A DNA stretch of 64,000 nucleotides, from NCBI GenBank assembly GCA_033763455.1, contig JANRKO010000074.1, positions 32,001 through 96,000 of the forward strand, read 5' to 3'. The notes under the pieces were generated by a model. It made no database searches, was not told the DNA's origin, and worked only from the letters and a program-made list of their open reading frames with translations. Source of the stretch: Polyangiaceae bacterium. Lineage in GTDB: Bacteria > Myxococcota_A > Polyangia > Polyangiales > Polyangiaceae. Below are positions 10,093 to 20,094 of the stretch, piece after piece (within the stretch, counting starts at the first letter, position 1; each line of letters starts with the position of its first letter). The position numbers and the translations under genes were made by a program.

Positions 10093-12593
10093 TAAGCCCT
10101 CAAGGTTGCCCCAAACTTCTTGCTCGCAACGCTCGTTACCTTTTCGTGGGCCGCATCTACCTCTTTGTCCGTGAGAGTGCGGGCTTGATCTGGAGCTTTT
10201 CTAGCAAGCGGATCGCGAAATACGAGGTGGTAGGTGAGGGAGCGATGATCGGCCGGCACCGAACCTCCCTTGAAGGTGGCGATCAGCTCCACCGATTCGC
10301 ACAGCTCTCCGGCGGCCTCTCTTATCACCGTTTGAACTTCGCCTGCGCTGATGCCTTCCTCCACAACGAGTGAAATGTCTCGGGTTACTGGTGGAAGGCG
10401 GGGTATGGTTTGGTACTTGGGAGTGCGCACGGCAATGGTTTCAAGCGCGGCAAGATCCACCTCGACAACCTGGACGCTGCCATCGATTTCGAGCGCTTCG
10501 GTAACGTCCGGGTGCAGAGCTCCGAAGGTGGCGACACGCAATGTTCCTAGCAACACCTGGCCTGCGGCGCGCGGGTGCAGATGGGGAGCAAGCGTTGCAT
10601 CGAGGGCAGCTACCGTGCTGCTGCTCAAAGTAAGCTGCTCCACGATGCGCACGGCGATGGCCTTGGCGTCGAAGACGTCGAATTGCGCGGGCTTTGGTGC
10701 CAAGTATTCCGCCCGTTTGCCCGCAAGCACCGCCGTAAAGGTTGGGCGCTCTTCGGGCAAGCTTGCCAGATCTTCGGGCAAACGCGGGCGGGCGCGCGCC
10801 CCGCGCTCGGAGTAAACCTCGCTCACGGGGGCCAAGAAACGTGGTGCTACCGAAAAGAGGCGCATCGATTCTTCCCCGTGGCGTTGGGCCCGGCGGAGTG
10901 CATCGAGCAAACCGGGTAGAGCGCTCGTTTGCATCACGCTGCGCTCTTCACTCATGGGATTTTTGATGGTTACCACGGGTGGTGGCGCCTTGACGGCTTC
11001 CAGATCTTTCCGCGAGACGAAATTGTAGGTTAACGCTTCGCTTAGTCCGAGCGCCATGGCGGCCGCGGTGGCTTTGCGCTCCAGCTGCCCCGCCTCGGTC
11101 GGCTTCTGCGGGATAATGGGGGGAAGCTTGGGCTCAATCGAATCAAGCCCAGCCACGCGCGCCACTTCTTCGATGAGATCGGCTTCGATCCTGATGTCGT
11201 GGCGGTAGCTTGTGCCCAGGACTTCCGCGGTGGCCTTGCCTTGAGGATCTTTGCTGGGGGATGTCTTGAACCCTAAGCGATTCAGAATGCCGAGGGCTTG
11301 ATCAAAGGGAATATGGGTGCCTAAGAGGTTTTCCAAGCGTTCGTGGCGCAGCTGGATTTTGGGCGACGAATAAGCATTGCGCTCGCTCTTCAACTGTTCG
11401 GGGGCAACGCTCGCACCCGCGTATTCTGCGAGTAAGCTGAGCGCGCGTGCCAGCACCTGAGTGATAGCACCGCGATCGGTACCGCGCTCGAACCTGTGGC
11501 TTGATTCCGTATGCAAGCCGTGCCGGCGAGCACTTCGCCGTACGCCACGGCCATCAAAATAAGCGCACTCCACCAGAACTTTGGTGGTGGAATTATTGAT
11601 CTCGCTATCAGCTCCGCCCATCACGCCTGCCAGTGCAAGGGGCTTCTCTGCATCGGCAATCACCAAATCATCCGCGTCTAGGCTGCGCGCAACGCCGTCG
11701 AGTGTGCGAAAGCTTTCACCGGCTGCGGCTCTCCGGATGACGATCTTTCCGCCCGCGATGTGGTTCAGATCAAACGCGTGCAGCGGCTGCCCGAACTCCA
11801 TCAAAATCCAATTGGTAATATCCACCACGTTGGAAATCGGGCGAATCCCGAGGTTTTGAAGGCGCAGCTGTAGCCAAAGCGGTGAGGGGCCCACCTTTAC
11901 ATCCAGCGCGAGCCCTGCCGCATAGGTGGGGCAACGGTCGAAATCCATGTTCACGATCTCAATCAGATCTGAAAGCTTGCTCGGAGTAGTTGCAGCTTTT
12001 GGAAGTGCAGTTGGCTGCGCGAAGGGAAGCGATAGGCACGCGGCAATATCTCGCGCTATTCCCACGTGCCCGAGCGCATCGCCGCGGTTCGGCGTGACAT
12101 CAAGGTCGAGGATCGTGTCTTCTAGGAACGGATACGCCTCCAAGAGCGGTGTACCTGGTGCCGGAGCCTTTGCATCTAACACCCAAATCCCTTCAGTGGC
12201 TTCGCCCAAGCCGAGCTCCTTCAGGCTGCATAGCATGCCCTCGCTCAGAATGCCGCCAAGCTTGCGTGGTGCGAGCGGTTCAGGAAAAGCGGGGATCTTT
12301 GCTCCTAACGTAGCCAACACAACACGGCCGCCCGGATCTGGAACATTGGGCGCACCACACACAACACGCTGCGTGCCAGCACCCGTATCCAGCGTAACGA
12401 GCCGTAACTTGTCGCGCTCCGGATGTGGCTCAATGGCGCGCACCTCGGCGATCACCACCCCTTGAATGCCAGCACCCACGTGCGTGATGCCGTCTACGGG
12501 CAAGCCCGCCTGAGCCAAACGCTCAGCAAGCTCCTTTACGGGCAACTTCAGATCAGGGAGGAGTTCACACAGCCAACGGTAAGAAACCAGCAT
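10092..12593 (-). CDS. pheT: Phenylalanine-tRNA ligase beta subunit
   Basis: MLVSYRWL start, VVCGAPN, SEGMLCS..ELGL, VTPNRGD, ISNVVDITN, RFERG, DLIEEVAR, FDX-ACB tail. Confidence 0.96.
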   Translation of the reverse strand: MLVSYRWLCELLPDLKLPVKELAERLAQAGLPVDGITHVGAGIQGVVIAEVRAIEPHPERDKLRLVTLDTGAGTQRVVCGAPNVPDPGGRVVLATLGAKIPAFPEPLAPRKLGGILSEGMLCSLKELGLGEATEGIWVLDAKAPAPGTPLLEAYPFLEDTILDLDVTPNRGDALGHVGIARDIAACLSLPFAQPTALPKAATTPSKLSDLIEIVNMDFDRCPTYAAGLALDVKVGPSPLWLQLRLQNLGIRPISNVVDITNWILMEFGQPLHAFDLNHIAGGKIVIRRAAAGESFRTLDGVARSLDADDLVIADAEKPLALAGVMGGADSEINNSTTKVLVECAYFDGRGVRRSARRHGLHTESSHRFERGTDRGAITQVLARALSLLAEYAGASVAPEQLKSERNAYSSPKIQLRHERLENLLGTHIPFDQALGILNRLGFKTSPSKDPQGKATAEVLGTSYRHDIRIEADLIEEVARVAGLDSIEPKLPPIIPQKPTEAGQLERKATAAAMALGLSEALTYNFVSRKDLEAVKAPPPVVTIKNPMSEERSVMQTSALPGLLDALRRAQRHGEESMRLFSVAPRFLAPVSEVYSERGARARPRLPEDLASLPEERPTFTAVLAGKRAEYLAPKPAQFDVFDAKAIAVRIVEQLTLSSSTVAALDATLAPHLHPRAAGQVLLGTLRVATFGALHPDVTEALEIDGSVQVVEVDLAALETIAVRTPKYQTIPRLPPVTRDISLVVEEGISAGEVQTVIREAAGELCESVELIATFKGGSVPADHRSLTYHLVFRDPLARKAPDQARTLTDKEVDAAHEKVTSVASKKFGATLRA

Positions 12594-12741
12594 CTTGGGG
12601 GCGCTTCTAGCATGAGGTTGGAACGCTGTGGTGCTGGGTCGGGGGCAATTTGTGGGGCACGCCATCGATCCGCCGATGAGCACCGGGCAAGAAGGCTCAG
12701 GTTTGACTCGTAGGGTGCTTCCAGTGTAGCGGTCGGCCTCC

Positions 12742-13884
12742 TTGGCCCGACGGCGTCTGTTCCCTTGGCTCGTGTTTCCGTTGCTGCTTGCCACACGTGG
12801 CCAGGCGGCGAGTTCAGCATCGGTGGTGTGGTATAGGGCCAGCGAAGGCTGCCCGGCGGGGCAGGCATTCCTAGAAAAGCTCTGGGCAAAAGCACCGCTT
12901 GCTCGGCTCATGCAAGCCGGGGATCACATTGATTTCGTAGTGACGCTGGTCGCCGAACAGGGCGAAACCATCGGGCGTTTGGAGCGCCAAACCGACAACG
13001 GGACGGTGGCTATTCGCGAATTGCGCGATCCGGTGTGTGAACGTGTTGCTGATGCTTTGGCGTTGAGCTTGGCGCTGTCGCTCGAAGCCCCGAAGGCGAG
13101 CACGGCGCCAACAGACGGCAACGTTCCCTCGCCCTCTGAGTCTTCGAGCAACGAAGCAAAGCCTGCGCCCTCTGAGCTTGCGGTCAGTGCGGCAGCGCCA
13201 AAGGCAGAGCCCACCGATAAGGCAAAGCCCACCGATAAGGCTACTTCGGGCAACTCGAAGCTTTCGGTGGAGAAGCCGCAAGGGCCGGCTGATCGTGGCA
13301 ACGCGGCGACGCCCGATGTTTTGGGAAAACGCGAAGTTCCTTCGAAACCCGTAGCCAGCGAGAGTGCGTCGGGCTCGCAAGGGGCGCTCGGCCTAGAGGG
13401 TGGAGCGCTCCTGGGTGCAGCGCCCAACGCTTTGGTACGCGCTGGCGTTTATCTTGAGGTTGCGCAACTGGGCCTGGCACTCGATCCCCGTTTATCTTTG
13501 AGGGTTGGCGCGGTTGGGGCGTTGGGTTCATCAGACACGAGTGTCGGCCCAATCCATCGTTCGATTCTTGCTGGGAGAGCTGAGGGTTGCCCCTGGCGCT
13601 TTGGGACTGAAGCTTTCGGCGTTTCTCCTTGCGCGGCTCTGGAGCTTGGCGCCACGGGAGCGAGCGCCGCACGAACCAAGGCTTCTGCTACCGATACTTG
13701 GTTCGTGGCTGCCGGCGGAGTCCGGGCCCGGCTGTTAACGCTCCCACGGCTCGCCCTTGAAGCGCAAATCGAAGCCCAATTCCCGCTGATTCGCACCCAG
13801 GTGGACGCCGGTTCAGTCTCTGTTTACCGCGCCGATCCCGTGGGCTTTCAGGGTGGCCTGAGCCTTTCTTGGCGCCTCTGGTGA
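12742..13884 (+). CDS. Hypothetical exported protein (N-terminal Cys domain, Pro/Ala linker, C-terminal barrel-like region)
   Basis: Signal peptide; first gene of ECF module; ends in aromatic residue. Confidence 0.7.
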   Translation: MARRRLFPWLVFPLLLATRGQAASSASVVWYRASEGCPAGQAFLEKLWAKAPLARLMQAGDHIDFVVTLVAEQGETIGRLERQTDNGTVAIRELRDPVCERVADALALSLALSLEAPKASTAPTDGNVPSPSESSSNEAKPAPSELAVSAAAPKAEPTDKAKPTDKATSGNSKLSVEKPQGPADRGNAATPDVLGKREVPSKPVASESASGSQGALGLEGGALLGAAPNALVRAGVYLEVAQLGLALDPRLSLRVGAVGALGSSDTSVGPIHRSILAGRAEGCPWRFGTEAFGVSPCAALELGATGASAARTKASATDTWFVAAGGVRARLLTLPRLALEAQIEAQFPLIRTQVDAGSVSVYRADPVGFQGGLSLSWRLW

Positions 13885-13923
13885 TCGCGCCGGGCAACCC
13901 CGGACATAGCGGCGTAGGAACAC

Positions 13924-14496
13924 GTGAGCTGGCCAATTAATCGGGATGCTCCGGTGCAGGCCGAGCCCACACAAGATCTCAACCACGAGCGCTCCGTTCA
14001 GGCCTTTGCATCGCGCCACTATCCGTTCGTTTGGCGTGTACTCCGGGGGCTTGGGCTTAGCCGGGCCGATGCAGAGGATGCAGCACAACAGGTTCTCATG
14101 ATTGCCACCCGTAAGCTCGATACCATAGAACCCGACCGAGAGCGTTCGTTCGTTTACGGTGTTGCCGTGCGAGTAGCGAAAAACGTACGCCGGGGTTTGT
14201 TCCGTCGTCGCGAGGTCCTCGAAGCTCCCGCAGACGAAGCAGATCCAGAGGCCGAAGGCGCTGAAGAAACAGTTGCGCTAGTGCAAGCTCGTGCATTGCT
14301 TCACGATCTTCTGGCGAAATTGCCTCAAGATCAGCGCCGAGTGCTCATCTTGGCCGAGATCGAAGGCTTGGAGCTCCGCGCTATCGCCGAATATGAGAGC
14401 ATTCCCCAAGGCACTGCAGCTTCTCGCTTGAGGCTGGCGCGCGCCCGCTTCCGCACACTGCTCGGCACCGAACGTCACCGAAACCCCTTTGCGTGA
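13924..14496 (+). CDS. ECF RNA polymerase sigma factor
   Basis: FVWRVLRGLG...DAEDAAQQV; region 4 LAEIEGL...IA....IPQGTAASRLRLAR. Confidence 0.92.
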   Translation: MSWPINRDAPVQAEPTQDLNHERSVQAFASRHYPFVWRVLRGLGLSRADAEDAAQQVLMIATRKLDTIEPDRERSFVYGVAVRVAKNVRRGLFRRREVLEAPADEADPEAEGAEETVALVQARALLHDLLAKLPQDQRRVLILAEIEGLELRAIAEYESIPQGTAASRLRLARARFRTLLGTERHRNPFA

Positions 14497-15161
14497 TGCC
14501 CATGGAAAAGGACCCTCTCGACAGCCTCTCTGCCCAATTGTTTGCGGCAGCTCGTGAGGAAGCACCTCCTGCGGGTGCCGAGGCACGGGCAGTGGCAGCT
14601 GTGCGGCGTCAGGCTTCTGGTGAGCCAGCAGCAGGCGTGTTGGTGAGGGGAGTGTTCGGTTCTAAAGCGTGGTTGCTGGCTGCCGTGGTGGCGAGCGTGG
14701 CGATAGCGTTTGGGTTTGTTTGGTTTGGGGCTGAGCCGGAGCATGCGTCTATCCGCCCTGAACCAAGTCGTCCCCTGCCGACATCAGAACCTGTGGTGGT
14801 GTCGACCCCTTCGGCTCCCCCTGTCCCAGCCATCCCTGCGCCCGCCAAGGCGGCAAAAGGTGGGGCGGAGAACGCCAGCGTGAAGAATTCGCCCGCCACT
14901 CTGAGCGATGAGCTAGAGGCACTGAAAGTTGCGCAAACCGCGCTCAGCGCCTCCGACGCACCCGGCGCCCTGCGCGCGCTAGATCGTTACGATCGCGTAC
15001 TCCGGGGTCAAAAATTGCGTGCGGAAGCCTCGCTGCTCAGGATCGAGGCGCTTTCAGCGGCGGGTCAAGCAGAGGCGGCATCGAAGCTCGCGTCGCGCTT
15101 TGTCGAAGAGAATCCGAATAGCCCACTCGTAGATCGAGCGCGGACATTCATTAAACAATAA
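14493..15161 (+). CDS. Putative membrane anti-sigma factor
   Basis: Overlaps sigma stop; one TM helix, Pro-rich linker, TPR-like C-terminus. Confidence 0.7.
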   Translation: MMPMEKDPLDSLSAQLFAAAREEAPPAGAEARAVAAVRRQASGEPAAGVLVRGVFGSKAWLLAAVVASVAIAFGFVWFGAEPEHASIRPEPSRPLPTSEPVVVSTPSAPPVPAIPAPAKAAKGGAENASVKNSPATLSDELEALKVAQTALSASDAPGALRALDRYDRVLRGQKLRAEASLLRIEALSAAGQAEAASKLASRFVEENPNSPLVDRARTFIKQ

Positions 15162-15187
15162 GTCAGTGAGTTGAGGAGAGTTAATCT

Positions 15188-16045
15188 ATGAAATCTAGAA
15201 GATTAGTTCGGTGGGTGCTTGGGCTTTTGGCGTTAAGCTGCGATGGGCGCATAGATTTGGGTCCACAAATGGGTGCTGTTGGCGGCTCAGCGGGAGCGAG
15301 CGAATCGCAGGTCGGAGTCGCCGGGGCGACCCCAAAAATGACTCCGGAGATGTCGGGCGGAGGCGGAGTTGCCGGGGGCTCGGGAGGAGCTGGTGGAGGC
15401 GCTGTTGCAGGCGGCTCGGGAGGCTCAGCTGGCAGCCTTCCCACGGGTGAACCTGGCTGCTTCGAGCCACGTAGCGCGAGCGCGACGCCATCAGGTCTCG
15501 CGCTCGGTCCTCGCAATCAGGTGTTCGCCGAGGTTCAGACCGAGAGCAACCCACTCAACTACGCCGATCAAGTCGTGCTCACGGGATTGGTATGGCGAAT
15601 CAACGCCAACTACCCATCACACCCGCGTGCAGCGGACGCGACCGTCGACCTGCCCGCTAACCTAGCAAGCGTCAAACCCAACGTTGCCGAGCTGCGCGTC
15701 ACCGCGCCGAGCTGCGAGAGCTCCACGGTCGCCGGGCGCACGCTGCGACTCAAGGTCTGGTGGAAGCTCGGAGGAGCCATCGTTGGATTCCCGACGCATG
15801 GCATTGCGCTTGGCGCCGGCCGCGAGCCCGTCTGGTTCGAAGACGCGACAAAGCGGTTCGTCGTCGGACAGCCTCAAGAGGCACGCGTCATGAACACGCC
15901 CAACGCGATCGTGCTTGAGCACACGTTCAACGATAATGACCAAACTTCAGCGGCAGACGTCTTCCTGAGCGCTTGGGTGCTGCCGGACTTCGAGTTCTCC
16001 AGCACGATGTACGTGGCAAGCGTCGAATGGATGCCGGCCAATTAG
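15188..16045 (+). CDS. Hypothetical lipoprotein with Gly-rich linker
   Basis: Upstream GAGGAG RBS; lipobox ALSC; GGSGG linker; beta-rich C-terminal domain. Confidence 0.72.
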   Translation: MKSRRLVRWVLGLLALSCDGRIDLGPQMGAVGGSAGASESQVGVAGATPKMTPEMSGGGGVAGGSGGAGGGAVAGGSGGSAGSLPTGEPGCFEPRSASATPSGLALGPRNQVFAEVQTESNPLNYADQVVLTGLVWRINANYPSHPRAADATVDLPANLASVKPNVAELRVTAPSCESSTVAGRTLRLKVWWKLGGAIVGFPTHGIALGAGREPVWFEDATKRFVVGQPQEARVMNTPNAIVLEHTFNDNDQTSAADVFLSAWVLPDFEFSSTMYVASVEWMPAN

Positions 16046-16323
16046 AGTAGAGCGCGATTAGAGGTATTTTCGAGCCCAGGAGGGAGACATCTGGCGAGAC
16101 ATGAACGGGCCATAGCTCGCCAGATGTGGTCATAAAAGTACCGATATGGCGAGTTATGGGGACCCGCTGCCCGCCGCGTTGACCGGATCTGTTCGGCTTC
16201 GTACGGCGCGGACCCTAACCCACGATTCGCAGAACAACTCTTGCCCAGCTTGCGACAATGCGTTGCTTCCTCATGCGATCGAGGGCACCCCGGCATGCAC
16301 AAGCACGGCAGTGAGGTCCGTCA

Positions 16324-16752
16324 CTACACGGCTGGACAGGACAGCCCGATTTTCAGTGCGAGCTTGCGCTGACGTGCATCGGTAGTCACAAACGAACTCG
16401 CGGACAAGCTGTTGGCTGCAGCGCAGTGCAGGATATCGAGTGAGCGGCAACCGAGCGAGCGCGTATGCGTTTTCGCCAGAGCCGTCGCTCCTTTCAGAAC
16501 GTCGTCCCAAATCAGCTGTGGGCGGTAGAGTATACCAGCGCGGGCGTCGCGATCGATGAGCGCCATCGTCGCCTTGGCCTGATACGGAGTTGCGTCCTTA
16601 CGAAAGACCTTGAGCTCAAGAGCGTTCGACACTTCGAGCTCATGCAGCGCAACGAACGCGATCGTGTGCCCGGCAACCAAGCCTGCGACGCGAACGCTCT
16701 CTGGTTCCGGGTAGTACAGTTTTAGGAGGCAGCCCGTATCCAGGTAGATCAA
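16324..16752 (-). CDS. PIN-domain (VapC-like) toxin
   Basis: TTG start overlapping antitoxin stop; IYLDT..LLKLY, E..NAL, RSLDILH.A.A, FVTTD.RQ. Confidence 0.9.
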   Translation of the reverse strand: MIYLDTGCLLKLYYPEPESVRVAGLVAGHTIAFVALHELEVSNALELKVFRKDATPYQAKATMALIDRDARAGILYRPQLIWDDVLKGATALAKTHTRSLGCRSLDILHCAAANSLSASSFVTTDARQRKLALKIGLSCPAV

Positions 16753-16988
16753 CGATTGCCTCGCGCATCGCTGACGATGGCGCTCAGCCGCCTGCCCCTC
16801 GGTTTTTTGCCCCAAATGTCGTGTGCGCGGGTCAAAAAATCCGGAGACGCCACCTGCGCGGGGCCGGGGGGAAGGAGACGAGCCACAAGCTGTTTCCGGC
16901 GAAAGACCTGCACCTCCTGCCCTCCCTCGACCCAAGAGAGCACCTCAGCCAGGTTGTGCTGCATTTGGCGGATACTCGCTACCTTCAT
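16749..16988 (-). CDS. Phd/YefM-family antitoxin
   Basis: MKVASIRQMQHNLAEVLSWVEGGQEV.V.RR...VARLLP. Confidence 0.88.
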   Translation of the reverse strand: MKVASIRQMQHNLAEVLSWVEGGQEVQVFRRKQLVARLLPPGPAQVASPDFLTRAHDIWGKKPRGRRLSAIVSDARGNR

Positions 16989-16998
16989 GTTAGCCAAT

Positions 16999-17024
16999 TT
17001 GACGCACAAGCCGCCTTGCGTCAA
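16999..17024 (-). promoter_or_regulatory. TA operator/promoter, inverted repeat TTGACGCA-N10-TGCGTCAA
   Basis: Perfect 8-bp inverted repeat 11 bp upstream of antitoxin ATG; arm contains -35-like TTGACG. Confidence 0.6.
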
Positions 17025-17085
17025 GGAACGCGACGCAGCGTAAGGCTGGTTCTAATGGCTCCCAGCTTGCGGAGAGATTTCGCCT

Positions 17086-18222
17086 TCACTCACCCATGCC
17101 GTGTGGATCCATTCCAGGCGGCATGCCCGGCGGGGGCGTGGCAGCACCGGCATCTTTATCAGCCGGCTTTGGCTCAGCCTTCTTGAACTTCTCTTCGGCG
17201 GCTGTTGCCCAATCGCCTGCCCAGGAGCTAATGGCGAAGATTTCCGCGCTATCGCCCACCTGCACCCAGCGGCTGGAATTCTCCCCGGTGCTGCCGAGCT
17301 TGATGATCTTCTGAGCGCCGTCTTTGAGCTGGAACACCACGGTTGCGGTTGGTGTAGCCAAACCGAGATCTTCAGGCTTCTTGTTTTGGGCGAAGTCGGT
17401 AGCGGTAAGCGCTTTGTAAGCTCGTACCAAATCGTCCACCTTGGTGGGCTCGAACTTCTGGATATCAAGAGCAATGGGAGCTTTGGCTTTCTTGAACTTA
17501 CCAATCCAGCTCTTGACCTCAACAGGCGCTGAAGGAGCGCCCGCTGCGCCCTTTTCGGGGGCCTTGGTTTCAACCTTGCGCTCGAACGTGAAGCTGCCGT
17601 TCTCGTTCGTTACGTCGATGCGCTTAACTTCGTCTTCCTCGAACTTGAGGAGGCCAAGATCGCGCCAACCTTTGGCATCACGCTTGAAGAGGTAGCTTGA
17701 ATAGCCTTTGGCTGCGTAGACGCCATCTTTGCCTGCGATGCGTGTCATCTGGCCGCGCGAACCATCTTGGCCGAAATACAGGTCAAATACCGTCTTATCC
17801 CCGTTGTAAAAGGTGGCGTGGAGCGCCTTGCCGTCAGAGAGCTCAAACTGATCGTAGTTCTTGCTAGAGGGGTCGATGCGCTCGACCATCTTGATGGTCT
17901 TCAGCGCACCGATCAGCGAGGTAACGTTTGCCTGGTTGGCCTTTGCTGCTACCGGCTTTACGAGCTTCCACTCGGAGCCTTCCTTTTTGAGCTCCACTTC
18001 CTCGCCTGCGCCGGCATCCCCCGGGGGTGATTGGATCACCACGCGATTGATACTGTTGGTCTTCTCGTCGGTGGCGCCGATGTCTGGAAGTGCTGAGGTC
18101 TTGCCTTCCAGCGTGTAGGTGGCTTGCTCTTCCTTGGCCTTGTTCTGTTGGAGGTAGAGAGCCCCGCCGAGGACGGCGAGGACGCCCACTGCTACGTAGA
18201 GTCGATTGTTATCCGTGCTCAT
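17086..18222 (-). CDS. DUF4340-like membrane-anchored protein
   Basis: N-terminal TM, two repeated domains (W.L.KP, L..L, LGL..P); last gene of Gld-like ABC operon. Confidence 0.75.
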   Translation of the reverse strand: MSTDNNRLYVAVGVLAVLGGALYLQQNKAKEEQATYTLEGKTSALPDIGATDEKTNSINRVVIQSPPGDAGAGEEVELKKEGSEWKLVKPVAAKANQANVTSLIGALKTIKMVERIDPSSKNYDQFELSDGKALHATFYNGDKTVFDLYFGQDGSRGQMTRIAGKDGVYAAKGYSSYLFKRDAKGWRDLGLLKFEEDEVKRIDVTNENGSFTFERKVETKAPEKGAAGAPSAPVEVKSWIGKFKKAKAPIALDIQKFEPTKVDDLVRAYKALTATDFAQNKKPEDLGLATPTATVVFQLKDGAQKIIKLGSTGENSSRWVQVGDSAEIFAISSWAGDWATAAEEKFKKAEPKPADKDAGAATPPPGMPPGMDPHGMGE

Positions 18223-18246
18223 GACTTCGTATGCCTCAATGAAAGA

Positions 18247-20091
18247 TCAGGCTGCCTTGAATTGGGTGCGAAGCGCATCGCGGCGCCGCCAGCGTGCGAT
18301 GCCGAAGATACCGAACAATACGGGCACCCCGATGATGAGGGTCCATTGGATTTTCTGCTGGATAGCCTTGCGCTCGCCTTTGTACTTCTCTTCGGCTGCG
18401 CGCACTTCCTGCTCGTTGGCTGTAGCTTCCAGCTTCGGGATGCTGAGGTCTGAGTAGGAGAGATTGGGCTCGCTGATGATTTTGGCGCTCGCGGCCAAAA
18501 GATCCTGATCGCCGCTCATCCAATCTAGCGTGTTCTTGAAGGAGATGATCATGCGCTCCAGGTACGAGCGGGCATAGGCCATGCCGAACATCTGGAGCTC
18601 TTGATCTCCACCCACAGAGCCGAACATTTGAAACTGACCACCGAGCTCGGGGCCATTGCCCGCGTAAGCAAATGGGTTCGTGAGGAACAAGCTAGAGGCC
18701 ACCACAAGCACACGTGAGCCTTGGCCGGCTTGGGCGTTTTGGTTGATGCCTTCGCCACCGACGCTGAACGCGCTCTTGAGCTTTCCTTCTGCCACAGCGG
18801 CAACTACTTGCTGAGCCTGCGCACCTTTGGGGGGAGCAGGCGGCAGAAGCCTCGGCTTCATGTCGACGGTGGCTCCGGTTTGCACGCTAGTGCGAGGCGT
18901 GGTGCGTGCCACCGCGTAGATCTTCACGTCCGCCGGCTGCTTGCTCTTATCCAGCTTGATGCTGGAGGGGAACGGGAAGGACATTTCGTCGAGGCGGAAG
19001 AAGCCGGCGAAGCCAGAATCGAGCATCTTTTCGTCGCCTTCGAGGCGCGGATCGTCCACGATTTTGGCGATGCCGGGCACCACGAGGCGCGCGACGCCGC
19101 GATTGGTGGGAACCATCATGCCGAATTGGCCGCCGTAATCGAGCACTGCATCTTTCTGGATGGCGAGGCCGTAACCGTTCAGCAGCTTATCCAACCCATG
19201 CAGATCGAGTGTGGCCACCATGGTTGGATCTTGAGGCTTGAAGGTGGCTGCTGAGGCGTACACCGCCAAAGACTTTCCGCCCAACATCAAGAACTCATCA
19301 ATTCGGCGTAGCTCTTTCTCCGTGTACTCTTTCTGGGGCTGCGTGATGATGACGCCCGCCAGATCTTTATCGATGGCTTGGTCGCCATTCTTAAGATCAA
19401 GATCTTCGATCTTATAAAAAGGAAAGCTCTGCTCCAAAACGCTTTGGATAGTGGGAGAACCACCTTGGCCTTGGCGTGGCATGAGGTTCTTATCCGAGAG
19501 CTTGAGCTCATCTTTGCCGGTGACCACACCCAAGCGGTGCTTGATGTTATCGGCTTTATCGCGGATTTCGCGGATCTTGTTGGTGATCCAGAACTCAAGC
19601 CCCTGCGCTGCGCCGGGCGGGATCTGCGGGATGACCACCTTTTCACTGCCATACTTGAAGACGAGGCCCATGTAGCCGTTCTGCAGGGCTGCACCAGACT
19701 CACCACTTTCAGCGGCTACCGACATCTCCTGGAGGCCTGCTTCCTTGGCCTGAGTGCGGAGCTCATCTGTGTTGGCTTCGATCAGTGTGAACTGAAATTT
19801 ATCGCCGCCCGCGCGCTTGTACTCCTTGAGGAGATCGGTGAGGTCACGTGTGGAGGCATCCAGCTGAGCGATGCCTCGCATCACGTAGGCATCCACCTGG
19901 AGCGGGCTCTTGAGGCCCCGCACGAGCCGACCGCTGCCTTGGCTCAGCGTGTGCCGATCGTTCTTGGTGGCATCGATGCGGGTATAGACGCCCGTGGAAA
20001 GCACGTTGGCGATGACGGCGATAGCCGCGACGACCACGAGATAGAGCCCGGTTTGGGCGGCAGCTTTACGCTTCTGTTCTTGGCTTGCCAT
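18247..20091 (-). CDS. GldG-like ABC auxiliary component
   Basis: N-terminal TM, RIDATKN..HTLS, IDEFLM.GG, N.LDWMSGD.DL...S.K, C-terminal TM. Confidence 0.85.
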   Translation of the reverse strand: MASQEQKRKAAAQTGLYLVVVAAIAVIANVLSTGVYTRIDATKNDRHTLSQGSGRLVRGLKSPLQVDAYVMRGIAQLDASTRDLTDLLKEYKRAGGDKFQFTLIEANTDELRTQAKEAGLQEMSVAAESGESGAALQNGYMGLVFKYGSEKVVIPQIPPGAAQGLEFWITNKIREIRDKADNIKHRLGVVTGKDELKLSDKNLMPRQGQGGSPTIQSVLEQSFPFYKIEDLDLKNGDQAIDKDLAGVIITQPQKEYTEKELRRIDEFLMLGGKSLAVYASAATFKPQDPTMVATLDLHGLDKLLNGYGLAIQKDAVLDYGGQFGMMVPTNRGVARLVVPGIAKIVDDPRLEGDEKMLDSGFAGFFRLDEMSFPFPSSIKLDKSKQPADVKIYAVARTTPRTSVQTGATVDMKPRLLPPAPPKGAQAQQVVAAVAEGKLKSAFSVGGEGINQNAQAGQGSRVLVVASSLFLTNPFAYAGNGPELGGQFQMFGSVGGDQELQMFGMAYARSYLERMIISFKNTLDWMSGDQDLLAASAKIISEPNLSYSDLSIPKLEATANEQEVRAAEEKYKGERKAIQQKIQWTLIIGVPVLFGIFGIARWRRRDALRTQFKAA

Positions 20092-20094
20092 AAT

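Noticed and set aside
12594..12911. N-terminal extension of PheT in the ORF track
   Set aside because: Overlaps the opposite-strand gene; canonical start MLVSYRWL is at 12593
16146..16385. Small ORF with CPAC, possible zinc-ribbon remnant
   Set aside because: Second Cys pair missing, overlaps the toxin end, no other support
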